Below are positions 9,585 to 19,911 of a stretch of DNA of 64,000 nt, in pieces; the first letter of the stretch is position 1; each line of letters starts with the position of its first letter. Source of the DNA: Thermoplasmatota archaeon. Its GTDB lineage: Archaea > Thermoplasmatota > E2 > JACPAO01 > JAHFTW01. The stretch spans positions 30,182-94,181 of the forward strand of contig JBFIHX010000009.1 of the NCBI GenBank assembly GCA_041601615.1, read 5' to 3'. Below the pieces are notes generated by a model. The model was not told the DNA's origin. It was given only the letters and a program-made list of their open reading frames with translations, and did not search any database. The translations under genes and the position numbers were made by a program.

Positions 9585-10379
9585 ATGAAAATATTATATT
9601 TAATAACTCTAATTGCCCTAATCCTTTTCTCGGGGTGCATAGGCAGCAATAGTTCTACAAATGAATTAAAACCTGAAGAAATCGGCGATGGAATAGATTT
9701 TTCAATAGTGAATGTTTTACACATGCAAGACTGTAATGGAATTTCCGCCACTCAATTCTACCCAACTACAATGAATCCTGCTCCGGTCCCAGAAGGCTGG
9801 CCGAATAATACTGAAGGGCCCCTCACTGCCGTCGCAATCCTCGCGTGGACCTGCGAATTCATTGGCTTGAATGGCCTAGAACGTTCAGGGACCATTTTGT
9901 GGGAGTACGCAAGCAGCGGAGTTCCGCCGCCGGCGTGCTTCAAAGACGCAGGCGGCCCGCTTGGACATGTGACCAACATTCTCGCAGACGATGCGGAAAT
10001 TGTCAGGATCCTACGCAATCAATACGGTGCCTCGGCGCACCTAACAGAGTTTGAGGTGGAAGAAACGGCGAACTCCCAGTCGTGGACGTGGGATGTCGAT
10101 GGTTCCACATCCACTTTTCTTACGCTGCAAGAAAAAACTAGTGAACCCAGAGATAAACTTCCAAACCGTTGGGTCTGGCCCTCGGTGAATGGAACGGCGG
10201 TCCTGGACTTGACATTCCAAGTAGAAAGTCTCCAGTTCACAAATCGAGTAGGAGTTGCAGAATTCAACGAACCACTCTACATGGAAACCGTCGCCGGCCA
10301 CTTCGTGGGTGCGACCAATGTGGACCGGAACGCGAGCCTTACCGGCAAATTTGACTTGCGCGATGCCCAGTGCGAATAA
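9585..10379 (+). CDS. Hypothetical lipoprotein
   Basis: MKILYLITLIALILFSGC lipobox. Confidence 0.8.
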   Translation: MKILYLITLIALILFSGCIGSNSSTNELKPEEIGDGIDFSIVNVLHMQDCNGISATQFYPTTMNPAPVPEGWPNNTEGPLTAVAILAWTCEFIGLNGLERSGTILWEYASSGVPPPACFKDAGGPLGHVTNILADDAEIVRILRNQYGASAHLTEFEVEETANSQSWTWDVDGSTSTFLTLQEKTSEPRDKLPNRWVWPSVNGTAVLDLTFQVESLQFTNRVGVAEFNEPLYMETVAGHFVGATNVDRNASLTGKFDLRDAQCE

Positions 10380-11857
10380 ATCGCCGATGGGGCTTGGTGA
10401 CGGTTGCACTCCTTCTCCTTGCGCCTTCGTCTTTGGCAACAACGGTCGCGTTCAAACCACCCGCCCTGCTGGACATGGAAACAGGTGACCTCGAGGGTCA
10501 AATTCTGTTGTTGGTGTTCAAGGAAGCTACCCCCTGGAGCTTCGATGCATCCACCCAAGGCCCGATTCATGCAGAACGTCACCGCTACGCCCATGCCAAC
10601 GCGACCCTTAACCCAATCATCGGCCCTCAAGTTGGTGTTCCGCTCTACGACGAAGACCTCGAAGCCGACTGGACGCGCCTCCACCTCCAACCTGAGGTTG
10701 GGCGTCTCTCTTCGCTCATTCTCGTGGCACAATCCATTCGCTTCGACTCAAACCAGACCGCTGCCCACATCGATGTCCTCAATCAAGCCCCGGCAAACGA
10801 ATGGCAAGCAGGCGTATGGGACCAGGCCATCCGGACTGACCGGGTTCTTGCTTCGCGCCCCATTGCCTACGCAGAATTGGAACGCGCCGAGCCCACCACG
10901 TTCAAAATTAGTGGCCTTCAATCCATCGAATGGACCGGAGCTCAACCCATCTGCAACCCGGAAGCCTCCTGCCCCCGCGAAGAAAACCCTGCCCCGTACA
11001 TTCTTGATTACATCGAACAGACCCTCCAAAACGGCACCGCCACCCTCACCGCTCATCCCGACCTCCTTGTCCTAGCAGGAACCCTCCACGTACAATTCCA
11101 CGGCACCGCCCGACTCCCCGCCGCCAGAGGCGAACTAGCCTGCACCAACTGCACTCTCGAGGACGACGTACTTACCCTCCACGGAGACATCCACCTCCGA
11201 TCCCTTCAAGCCGCCCTCAACGGTTCCAGCCCCCTCCACGCCGACCTTGACGGAGACTTCCTTGCCCGCATCAACGAAGGCCCCCCACAATCTGTCTCCC
11301 CCCCACCCATCGCCGCCGTCGCCCTCGCTGCCACCGCCGGCCTCGCCATCCTATTCCGCATTTTCTTTGCGCTCGTCAGTCAACGCATCCTCGACGCGCC
11401 CCTCTCCCACCCCGCTCGCCAATCCATCCACGAGACCCTCGACGCCAACCCCGGCATCACCTACCGCCAACTCATGCAATTCACCGGCATCGGAAACGGA
11501 AGCCTCCAACACCACCTGCGCATCCTCGAACGCGCCCGCAGCATCCGCCACTGGCGAAACGACCGCAACCTCCACTTTGCCTTGTTCGACGTGCGCCCGG
11601 TCGCCGCCATGCAAAAACGCACCCTCGAAGACGACGCCATGAACGCGCTTTGTGCGTACCTTGCCCACCCTGACGGCCGCATGCAACTCGACATTGTGAC
11701 CTGGGCCAAACAGACCCATGGCTGGGCACGATCTACAACGCAATCGAAACTTACGCGCTTGTGCACACTTGGACTTGCGAGAGTGCACAAAGAGGGCTTT
11801 CGGCGCATCTACGAAGCGACGGACGTAGCATCAGAAACTCGTGGCGTGGGCGCGTAG
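10370..11857 (+). CDS. Membrane-anchored regulator: extracellular domain, TM helix, C-terminal tandem wHTH
   Basis: Signal peptide; TM IAAVALAATAGLAILFRIFFALV; ANPGITYRQLMQFTGIGNGSLQHHLRILE. Confidence 0.85.
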   Translation: MRINRRWGLVTVALLLLAPSSLATTVAFKPPALLDMETGDLEGQILLLVFKEATPWSFDASTQGPIHAERHRYAHANATLNPIIGPQVGVPLYDEDLEADWTRLHLQPEVGRLSSLILVAQSIRFDSNQTAAHIDVLNQAPANEWQAGVWDQAIRTDRVLASRPIAYAELERAEPTTFKISGLQSIEWTGAQPICNPEASCPREENPAPYILDYIEQTLQNGTATLTAHPDLLVLAGTLHVQFHGTARLPAARGELACTNCTLEDDVLTLHGDIHLRSLQAALNGSSPLHADLDGDFLARINEGPPQSVSPPPIAAVALAATAGLAILFRIFFALVSQRILDAPLSHPARQSIHETLDANPGITYRQLMQFTGIGNGSLQHHLRILERARSIRHWRNDRNLHFALFDVRPVAAMQKRTLEDDAMNALCAYLAHPDGRMQLDIVTWAKQTHGWARSTTQSKLTRLCTLGLARVHKEGFRRIYEATDVASETRGVGA

Positions 11858-12220
11858 GGGCCGACGGAAGCAGATGACCGAACCACGGGCGCAAGGTGCT
11901 CCTTACTACCCTGCTTCGGATAGATAGGAAATCGCCTACACCATTGCACACGACAAGGCACATCCAATGCCGCACGCAATCTCGGCCAACATGACCTTGC
12001 CAAGCGGCAACAAGAACGACCATGCTGATCCGGCGGTGCTGCTTCCAGAGCCAGCTAATGCGCATGACTGTGTATAGTGGTCGTCATTCCGCCCAATTCA
12101 ATGGAATACTCGCGCCGGCATAACTCAGCCGCTCCCATCCCTTAGACTCCGCCAGGCCAATGTATTTTCGCTGAATTGAACCATCCCCTTTCAGCATGTC
12201 AGATTCAGCACAATCTAGCA

Positions 12221-12601
12221 CTACATGGTCAGCAGCAACATGAACGCATCGATCAAGACAATCGACAGAGTCGCGAAACCGTGGAATCGGTTGCCCCGAG
12301 GGGTCAGGAGGAGCCCGACGACCAGCCCCCCTGCGAGGCCGGCAAATGCAAAATCGACTGCCACTGCAAGCGTTCCAAGGTCCTGCCCCCGCCCTGTCAG
12401 ATCCGTCCACAGCAGGTAGGCTATCGGCAATGTGATCATGCCGGAGCCCGCCCAAGCTAACCCGAACAAAATCCGCCGACTCACCAATGAAGATGAAGTA
12501 TCATCGGATTTGTGGGTAACTGTCACCGAAATCTGGAGATTCACTGAGGTTTCCTCGTATTGTTGTGGGATGGGAAAAAGATGCGGATTATGTTGGACCA
12601 A
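12221..12601 (-). CDS. Possible small membrane protein or remnant
   Basis: Three hydrophobic segments; start uncertain; flanking DNA looks decayed. Confidence 0.35.
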   Translation of the reverse strand: MVQHNPHLFPIPQQYEETSVNLQISVTVTHKSDDTSSSLVSRRILFGLAWAGSGMITLPIAYLLWTDLTGRGQDLGTLAVAVDFAFAGLAGGLVVGLLLTPRGNRFHGFATLSIVLIDAFMLLLTM

Positions 12602-12925
12602 GCGTACTACGTCCTCGATTGCCCCCGCAGCAACCTAGTCCCATTGATGTTGAAACTGAAAGCATGTCTGGCACCCGCATGAACTCCAGATCATGCCTGG
12701 TGCCCGAGACTTCAGACTACCAAACCAAATGTATTGGGCCTGTGGGCGCCACGATGAGGCCCGCAAAGGCCAAGATGAGCCTCTATCGTGCGAACCCCCG
12801 AGGAGGGACAAAGTTCCAGTCTATTGGAGGAATCTATTGAGCACGCCCGCCTTCCTGCATTGTGGCTCCAGTGGGCGGAATCTTGAAAACCATAAGGGAG
12901 GAAGTGGAAAAGGACCATAGCGGCA

Positions 12926-13290
12926 TCACGATCGGTACAGGCACCACATCAGTTCGCCAGCCATGGACGCACCGTTCTGGGTGATGCCGCTACGTCCGTA
13001 ATCGGTGCTCGTGTCAACGCCGGCGAAGACGGCGTTGGCGGTCCAGTCGCCGCTTAGATGGTTAAGGTAGAACGTGTTCGTGGTCCTGCGGCTAAGGTGG
13101 CTGAGTGGGACGCTAAACGACTCCCAGCCGAATCCGGAACTGGACCACTCGGAGCAGGCGTCGAAGGTTGATACGACGTAGCCGTTGGCCTGCATCTCCC
13201 ACCTAGCTCCGCCGCTGCCACAGTTGACAGCTTGAACATACACGTACAAGGTCGCAGAGGGTTTGCCCGTCGTGGCGCCACCGGGTAGGA
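12926..13290 (-). pseudogene. 5'-truncated fragment of a beta-rich extracellular-type protein
   Basis: Protein-like frame (ATLYVYVQAVNC...ELMWCLYRS) with no credible start; abuts the opposite-strand remnant. Confidence 0.5.
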
Positions 13291-13295
13291 CTAGG

Positions 13296-13796
13296 CGCTT
13301 CCTCGCTGCGGCCATCTCCAAACGCATCCTCGATGCGCCTCTGGAAAACCCCGGCCGCCTAGGCGTCCACCAAGCCATCGAAGCCAACCCAGGCGCGACC
13401 CTCAGTGAGCTACGACGCATCACCGGCCTCGGCAGCGGAAACCTCCGCCACCACCTGCGCGTCCTCGAAACCGCCCGCACCATTCAACACTGGCGCCACG
13501 GCCGTACCACTCACTACGCCCTCGTCGAAGCCTCCACCACCGCCACCATGCAACACCGCGCCCTCGACGATCCCCAAATCAAATGACTCTGGAATCACCT
13601 TCGTACTCCAGGGGACCACATCCAGGCCGCGCTCGCGCAATGGGCCAACCAAGCACTCGGATGGTCCCGCGGCACCACCCAAAACAAACTCGCCCTACTC
13701 TGCGAACTTGGGCTTGCTGAGGTGCGAACGGAAGGGTTCCGGCGGATGTATGAAGCGCGAGGGGGCGTCGCGGAAGCAGGTAGTGGGGGTGGGTAG
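13296..13796 (+). pseudogene. Remnant of a TM-wHTH regulator, paralog of the 10370..11857 C-terminus
   Basis: Colinear homology (RILDAPL...NPG...LRHHLRVLE...GWSRGTTQNKL...EGFRRMYEA); in-frame TGA at 13584-13586; 5' part missing. Confidence 0.85.
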
Positions 13797-14067
13797 GGTC
13801 GGAAAAATGAGTTCGTGACCTCAAAGGCCCTGCCATTCTCAGCCCCGATGCCGCGTCCGTAGCGCGCATTGGGGGCATGGACTACCCTTGATGTGGCGGT
13901 GACCTTGAACTCGCGTCGGCGCGGTGAACGTAATTTCCACCTTCAGGGGTGTTGGTCTTCAATTCAAGACGACACTAGGTTCGTTTTCTGGACTGTGCCT
14001 TGTTGGCACAGCCCCCTCGCCATCTCGCACCAGGCAACCTGAAACACCCGACCCAATTCCCACAAAT

Positions 14068-14502
14068 ATGGTCAAGCGTCATGCATCGGCGATTTGGAAA
14101 GGCGGCCTCAAGGATGGCAACGGCCGTCTTGGAACCGAGCGCGGCGCCCTAGCGGACACGCCGTATAATTTCTCGGGCCGTTTCGAGTCGGGGACCACGG
14201 GCACAAACCCAGAGGAACTCATTGCGGCGGCCCACGCGGGTTGTTTTTCCATGGCGCTCTCTGGCCAATTGGCCGAGCGCGGCCTTCAATCAGACCGCAT
14301 CGAGACCAAGGCAACGGTGACTTTGGAGAAAACAGACGCGGGGATGACCGTCACGAAAATCCATTTGGACACGAGGGTGACAGGCGCCGGTGCCGATGCA
14401 TCAAAGTTCCAGGAGGCCGCCAATGCCGCCAAAGCCGGGTGCCCAATCTCGCGGTTGCTGAGCCCTGGCACGACCATCACGTTGGACGCGCAAATGGTAT
14501 AA
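14068..14502 (+). CDS. osmC: OsmC family peroxiredoxin
   Basis: GTNPEELIAAAHAGCFSMALS and AKAGCPISR. Confidence 0.93.
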   Translation: MVKRHASAIWKGGLKDGNGRLGTERGALADTPYNFSGRFESGTTGTNPEELIAAAHAGCFSMALSGQLAERGLQSDRIETKATVTLEKTDAGMTVTKIHLDTRVTGAGADASKFQEAANAAKAGCPISRLLSPGTTITLDAQMV

Positions 14503-14583
14503 CGGGGCCACCGGCCATCGGCAACCAATATCTTCCATGCCCCCTCCCCCGCCTTTTTCATACACCTAGGCCTCGGCCGCCCC

Positions 14584-15591
14584 ATGGCACGCGAACTGGA
14601 CATGGACAACCTGCGCTGGGGCACGGACCTCGTCAAGCGCGGATTTGCAAAGATGCAGAAGGGTGGCGTCATCATGGACGTCACGAACGCCGAGCAGGCA
14701 GCCATCGCTGAGGACGCTGGAGCCGTGGCCGTCATGGCTCTTGAGCGCGTGCCCGCCGACATTCGCGCGCAGGGCGGCGTGAGTCGCATGAGCGACCCGT
14801 CCATGATTAGCAAAATCATCGACACAGTCAGCATTCCCGTGATGGCCAAGGCGCGCATCGGCCACTTTGCCGAAGCGCAACTCTTGCAAGAACTCGGCGT
14901 CGACATGATCGATGAGTCCGAGGTCTTGACCATGGCCGACCCGTTCTTCCACTCCTACAAGAAGGACTTCACGGTCCCCTTCGTCTGCGGCGCCACCAAG
15001 CTCGGCGAAGCGGTTCGCCGCATTGCTGAGGGCACCGCGATGATTCGCACCAAGGGCGAAGCCGGCAGCGGCGACATCGTTGAGGCCGTCCGCCACCGCC
15101 GCCTTGTCACCCGAGGAGTGCAAATCGTCCAGGACATGGACCCGCACGAACTCGACACCCTCGCAGAGACCTTCGCCAACCGCTACGACCCCCTCAACGA
15201 GGCAGTGCTCGAGGATATGAACATCCACGACGCCTACCTCTCCGAGGCCTACGGCGGCTTCGACTACGAGAGCATCGTCACGAACCTGCGCGATGTGCTC
15301 GGCGACATTCAGAAGCTTGGCCGCTTGCCCGTCGTGGACTTCACGGCCGGCGGCATCGCAACCCCCGCCGATGCAGCACTCATGATGCAGCTTGGCAGCG
15401 ACGGCGTGTTCGTCGGATCGGGCATCTTCAAGAGCGGCGACCCCAAGACCCGCGCCGAAGCCATTGTCGAGGCAACCACGCACTTTGACCAACCCGACCG
15501 CGTTGTCGAAGTCAGCAAGGACCTCGGCGAGCCGATGGTGGGCCGGAACATGGACGAAATCGACGTGCAGTACGCGATGCGTGGCGTGTAG
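14584..15591 (+). CDS. pdxS: PLP synthase subunit PdxS (long archaeal form)
   Basis: [49 protein letters not shown]. Confidence 0.97.
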   Translation: MARELDMDNLRWGTDLVKRGFAKMQKGGVIMDVTNAEQAAIAEDAGAVAVMALERVPADIRAQGGVSRMSDPSMISKIIDTVSIPVMAKARIGHFAEAQLLQELGVDMIDESEVLTMADPFFHSYKKDFTVPFVCGATKLGEAVRRIAEGTAMIRTKGEAGSGDIVEAVRHRRLVTRGVQIVQDMDPHELDTLAETFANRYDPLNEAVLEDMNIHDAYLSEAYGGFDYESIVTNLRDVLGDIQKLGRLPVVDFTAGGIATPADAALMMQLGSDGVFVGSGIFKSGDPKTRAEAIVEATTHFDQPDRVVEVSKDLGEPMVGRNMDEIDVQYAMRGV

Positions 15592-15663
15592 CCGCGCAAG
15601 CGGACAAGTAAGAGTTCATCTGCGCTGCGGCGCACATCGAGCCCAACTTCGGGCGCAACTTGG

Positions 15664-16050
15664 ATGAATTCGAGGCCCGATAGGCGATTCGTGGAATTTG
15701 AACACGAACACTTCCATTCTACCTTCCACCCCATTTCTCTAGCTCCTAGTCCGTCCTTGGCTGGACGATTTTTATTTTGGATTTCTTATCTTTGCTTCTC
15801 AGCATGGGCTGCTTTGGTGTCTTGGTTGACACCATTGGCTGTTTTTAGTGTTGCTATCGATGTCATAATCAATCATTCAGCATTTTTACCTAACCCATTG
15901 GGGCGCAATTTGACAACAATGTTCCTCATAATTGTTGTATTTGCAATGGCTCCTGCGGTTTTACGGGCCAATGTGTTGACCTCAGATAGAGTTCAAGCCA
16001 TTCGAGCGGCCCGGAGCACGGGAGACCTGTGGGCTGCCATTTTGCCCTGA
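15664..16050 (+). CDS. AT-rich small membrane protein (orphan)
   Basis: 128-aa ORF with 2 TM segments; lower GC than neighbours. Confidence 0.5.
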   Translation: MNSRPDRRFVEFEHEHFHSTFHPISLAPSPSLAGRFLFWISYLCFSAWAALVSWLTPLAVFSVAIDVIINHSAFLPNPLGRNLTTMFLIIVVFAMAPAVLRANVLTSDRVQAIRAARSTGDLWAAILP

Positions 16051-16956
16051 TCAGGCGCTCGCTGTGGCTTCCTGTCCTACCACCGGCACCCTCCTCCGCA
16101 CCACCAACCACACCCCCGCAAACACCGCAACCGCCGCCGGTGCCAGTTTCCAGGTCAACCGCTCATCGAGCAGCCACGCGGCGCTGGATGCGGCAAAAAT
16201 TGGCTGGAGATAGATGAAGACGCCCACGGTGCTGCTTGGCACGCTGCGCAGGGCGGTGTTGTTGAGGACGTAGGCGAGGACCGTGGGACCGATGACGATG
16301 AAGGCGACGGCGAGCCAGCCGGAGCGGGTGGCGGCTTGTGCTTGCACTTCGATGCCTTCCCAGAGTCCAAGGGGCAGGAAGATGACGGCGCCGAAGACGA
16401 AGGTCCAGGCGGTGAGACTGAGGGGGTTGTATTTCTGGGCGTAGGGCTTGCTGTAGACGAGGAAAATCGCGTAGCTGAGTGCATTGAAGAGAATGAACAC
16501 GTCGCCGAGGGCGGACCGGGCGCTGGTTTCGAAGCGGCTTAGTCCCACGAGCCAGAGGACTCCGGCTAGGGCGAGGGCGATGCCGGTGGCGCGGCGGGGG
16601 CCGAGGGTTTCGCGGCCGCTGAGGACTGCGATGGCGTAGGTGAACACCGGAATCGTGGTGATGATTAGGGTAGCATTGGTGACGGTGGTCCATTGGAGGC
16701 CAATCAGGAACAATCCTTGGTTGAGGACAATGCCCACGAGCGCCAGAAGTGCTATGGGGCCGCCGTCGAGGCCGATGTCCACGCGGCGCTTGGCGAGGAT
16801 TCGCTGGGCCACGAGCAAGAGGGCGCCGGCGAGGACGGTGCGGAAGGTGCCGACCGCGAGGGGTCCGAATTCCTGGAACGCGAACTTGCCGGCGACCGGA
16901 AAGAGCCCAAAAAGGACCTGCACCGAGATCAGGGCCGCCAGGGTGCGCCGCTCCAC
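16051..16956 (-). CDS. EamA/DMT family transporter
   Basis: About 300 aa with 10 TM in two repeats; GLQWTTVTNATLI, FIYLQPIFA. Confidence 0.92.
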   Translation of the reverse strand: MERRTLAALISVQVLFGLFPVAGKFAFQEFGPLAVGTFRTVLAGALLLVAQRILAKRRVDIGLDGGPIALLALVGIVLNQGLFLIGLQWTTVTNATLIITTIPVFTYAIAVLSGRETLGPRRATGIALALAGVLWLVGLSRFETSARSALGDVFILFNALSYAIFLVYSKPYAQKYNPLSLTAWTFVFGAVIFLPLGLWEGIEVQAQAATRSGWLAVAFIVIGPTVLAYVLNNTALRSVPSSTVGVFIYLQPIFAASSAAWLLDERLTWKLAPAAVAVFAGVWLVVRRRVPVVGQEATASA

Positions 16957-17031
16957 GGAGTCTTCGACGCCGGTTTTGCGGATAAGTCCGTGCCCGCAAG
17001 CATCAAACGGCGGCGCCTTGGTCGATGGTCG

Positions 17032-18066
17032 ATGCGTCTTCTGCCTGCCCTCCTTCTCGTGGTCGCCCTCTCCGGTTGTCTCTCGGGCACTGCGCCCTTG
17101 GACGAGGTGTCCGGCCTCATCACGGACTGTCCCATGGACGGGGAGGTGACGCTCTATCTTGGGCCCGGTTTCACGTTGTCTCCGGTGCTGCCGGCGGCGG
17201 GCTCGGTCGCGGGCAACGGCTTTGACGAAGCCTTCCTGACGAACGTGATGGACGAGTGGACATCGGCCGTGGTCGTGGATCGCAACGTGCACATCATGGG
17301 CAACCTGACGCTGCACTTCTGGAGCAGAGGCCACGACATGGTCGCTCCCGTCGTCATTGGCGGCGACCCGGGCGAAGGGTACCACTGGTTCAACCAAGTC
17401 GGCACCAACCGAGGCTTCGTGGAGGCGTTTGCCGTCGAGTACGCGCCGATCCGCGACGAGCCCGTGGTGCGCGAGTGGACCGAAACGTTCGCCATGCCCA
17501 CCGGGGGCCTGTACCTGGAGCCCGGCGACCACCTGCGCCTGCTGTTGACCAACCTCGTCCTCGACACCCCCACGACCGGCGCCGGCCCCGACATCTTGTT
17601 CGGTGGCGACACCCCGAGCGCCGTGACGTTCCAAGCGCATTGCCGAGCAGTCTGGAGCTGGGACGAAGGCACTCCCGAGACGCACGCCATCTCGATCCCG
17701 TTCCACCACGGCCTCCTGACGGGTGCTGTGCCTGCCCGCGACGGCCTCAATCACGTGGATGTCCCCTTCACGCTCGCCCCCGACACCGGCCGCCTCACCA
17801 TCGCCTTGGCGGAAGGTGGTTCCATCAACCCCACGAAAAACGACATGGACCTTGGGGTGCTCGACGCCGCCGGCAACGAAGTCTGGAGCATCGGCAGCCC
17901 CTACGCCGACGACCTAGGCACCAAGTGGCCCGCCGATCTTGCCGCCAACATGCCGCCCGGCGACTACACGGTGCGCGTCAACAGCTACAGCGGGGTCGCC
18001 TACGAAGGCACCCTGAGCATCCAGCAGGACCGTTTAAGCAACAATCCTGGCTCGCCGGCCCCGTGA
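17032..18066 (+). CDS. Lipoprotein with C-terminal PPC-like beta-sandwich
   Basis: LSGC lipobox; NDMDLGVLDAAG...PGDYTVRVNSYSG. Confidence 0.8.
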   Translation: MRLLPALLLVVALSGCLSGTAPLDEVSGLITDCPMDGEVTLYLGPGFTLSPVLPAAGSVAGNGFDEAFLTNVMDEWTSAVVVDRNVHIMGNLTLHFWSRGHDMVAPVVIGGDPGEGYHWFNQVGTNRGFVEAFAVEYAPIRDEPVVREWTETFAMPTGGLYLEPGDHLRLLLTNLVLDTPTTGAGPDILFGGDTPSAVTFQAHCRAVWSWDEGTPETHAISIPFHHGLLTGAVPARDGLNHVDVPFTLAPDTGRLTIALAEGGSINPTKNDMDLGVLDAAGNEVWSIGSPYADDLGTKWPADLAANMPPGDYTVRVNSYSGVAYEGTLSIQQDRLSNNPGSPAP

Positions 18067-18686
18067 GTCTGCGCGTAGGAGTCCTCGCCGTCCAGGGAGC
18101 CGTCAGCGAACACACGGTGGCCCTCCAGGCCGCAGCCGGCGCCTCCGGCCGCAGCATCGAGGTGGTCTCCGTGCGCGACCCCGAAGACCTCGACGGTGTC
18201 AACGGTCTCATCATGCCCGGTGGCGAATCCACCACCATCAGCCGCCTTCTGCGAAGCTCCGGCCTCCAGGAGGTGATTCTAGCTCGCGGCGGGCATGACC
18301 TGGCGTTGTTTGGCACCTGCGCGGGGATGATCCTGCTCTGCTCCCGTGCCGAGCATGATGTCGCCGACAAGGACATCCGGCTTCTCGGGTTCCTGGACGC
18401 GCTCGTGGACCGCAACGCCTTCGGTCGCCAACGCGAGAGCTTCGAGGCGATGCTGGACGTGGCTGGCGTGGGCTCGATGCCTGCCGTGTTCATCCGCGCC
18501 CCCGCCGTGCTCGAACAGACCGGCGCCGAGGTGCTTGCGACCGTGGACGGACGCATCGTGGCGCTCCAGCAGGGCCGGATTCTTGCCACCGCGTTCCACC
18601 CGGAATTGACGCCGGACACGCGCCTTCACGAGCATTTCCTGGACCTCGTCGAAGCCGCTGCGGCCGCGACGGGCACGCCAGGTTAG
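18063..18686 (+). CDS. pdxT: PLP synthase glutaminase subunit PdxT
   Basis: GVLAVQG, MPGGESTT, GTCAGMI, RNAFGRQRESF, FHPE. Confidence 0.97.
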   Translation: MSLRVGVLAVQGAVSEHTVALQAAAGASGRSIEVVSVRDPEDLDGVNGLIMPGGESTTISRLLRSSGLQEVILARGGHDLALFGTCAGMILLCSRAEHDVADKDIRLLGFLDALVDRNAFGRQRESFEAMLDVAGVGSMPAVFIRAPAVLEQTGAEVLATVDGRIVALQQGRILATAFHPELTPDTRLHEHFLDLVEAAAAATGTPG

Positions 18687-19144
18687 ACGGGCGGCGCATC
18701 AAGCTGCACACGACCCCGCTGCTTGCGAAGCAGGGTCTCAAGGTGGTCCACCGATTTGCGGTAGTTCTCGATCGCCAACTGGAAGTGCGCCTCGGCAAAG
18801 TTCCACGCCTTGCCAAGATCGCCATAGCGAAGACGGAACGCGCGACGCTTGTCGCCGTCCACTTCGACGTACAGGTCCTCGATGATGTCGAGGTCCTTGA
18901 GTTTGTTCAGGTGGCGGTAGATGCTCGGCATCGTGGTCTCAGCGACTTGAGCCAACTCTTCCACGGTCCATGATTTTTCCGGGTGCAGCAGGAAGCACTC
19001 GTAGAACACGCGGTACGAAATGCCGTGGTCCGGGCCCTTGCGAGCGGTGTAGCCAATCATTTGGAAAAACAGCTTTGCCAGCCGCTCCGGGTCCGTCTCG
19101 CCCGTAAGTGGTGCGTGGCTCACAACTTGCAACTCGAACGCCAT
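18683..19144 (-). CDS. wHTH transcriptional regulator (ArsR/TrmB-like)
   Basis: WTVEELAQVAETTMPSIYRHLNKLKDLDII. Confidence 0.8.
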   Translation of the reverse strand: MAFELQVVSHAPLTGETDPERLAKLFFQMIGYTARKGPDHGISYRVFYECFLLHPEKSWTVEELAQVAETTMPSIYRHLNKLKDLDIIEDLYVEVDGDKRRAFRLRYGDLGKAWNFAEAHFQLAIENYRKSVDHLETLLRKQRGRVQLDAPPV

Positions 19145-19184
19145 GTTCGCGGTCACTCGCAACGCTGTAAAAACAAGTGCGAAA

Positions 19185-19850
19185 TCATCGCGACTTGCCG
19201 CGACGCACTGCCCACGCGACGGCCGCCAGCAGGACCGCCGTCACAAGCAGCAGAACCGACAAGATTCCGGACTCATCCCAGAAGCCGTCGTCCGCGGGCG
19301 CCTGCAACAAGCTTGCGTCCGAACCATCGGGCTCCGCTGCAACCATGGCCGTATCCGTCTCGTTGCCGGTTGATTCCGGGGCTACCGGTGCAGACTCGGG
19401 TTCACCGCCCTCCGATTCCGGCGGCGCATCTTGGCGCATCTCCTCGGCCCCGGCGGCATTGGGCAAGGTGCCTTCGTCGATTGTGGTCAACGAATGCGAT
19501 TGCCACCACCATCCGAGGGCCTGCCCGAACAAGGCCGCACTGCCGCCGGCCGCGAGCACCGAAAGGCCCAGCAGCACGGAGAATGTGGTGGATTCCTGCG
19601 GGTGCAGAAGCCGCTGACCCTGCCACGACAATTCGTAGTAGATCCACTTGCGCCCCTCGTCCAGCTTCTTGACAAGGCCCGTCGTGACGAGCACTTGCAG
19701 GTGCTCATGCACGGTCGCCTTATTGAGATCCAAATCCCGGCTAATCTCCGAAAGCGTCTTGCGGCGCTCGTCGAGCGCCTTCAATACCTGCAAGCGCGAG
19801 GTGCTCGCAAGAGCCTTGAACGTCTCCAGGTCGAGGGTGACCTTTGCCAC
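19185..19850 (-). CDS. ArsR-type HTH regulator with two TM helices
   Basis: FKALASTSRLQVLKAL...ATVHEHLQVL...KWIYYELS; then TM, acidic loop, TM, RR. Confidence 0.85.
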   Translation of the reverse strand: MAKVTLDLETFKALASTSRLQVLKALDERRKTLSEISRDLDLNKATVHEHLQVLVTTGLVKKLDEGRKWIYYELSWQGQRLLHPQESTTFSVLLGLSVLAAGGSAALFGQALGWWWQSHSLTTIDEGTLPNAAGAEEMRQDAPPESEGGEPESAPVAPESTGNETDTAMVAAEPDGSDASLLQAPADDGFWDESGILSVLLLVTAVLLAAVAWAVRRGKSR

Positions 19851-19911
19851 GGGTGGATGTGGCGTTGTAGAAGGAAAACGCTTCGCTCGTTGTTGGGTTC
19901 TACCCGAACAC

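Noticed and set aside
11877-11920. attC-like remnant after the TM-wHTH gene (ACCGAAC-CACGG-GCGCAAGG...CCTTACT-ACCCTG-CTTCGGA)
   Set aside because: Only 44 bp with a 4-nt centre, weak L pairing and no GTT; could be chance.
13584-13586. Selenocysteine or read-through TGA
   Set aside because: The gene also lacks its 5' end and the aligned residue in the paralog is not Cys; a pseudogene is simpler.
15130-15310. Novel insertion or intein in PdxS
   Set aside because: A ~335-aa PdxS with this helical insert is known in archaea; no intein motifs.
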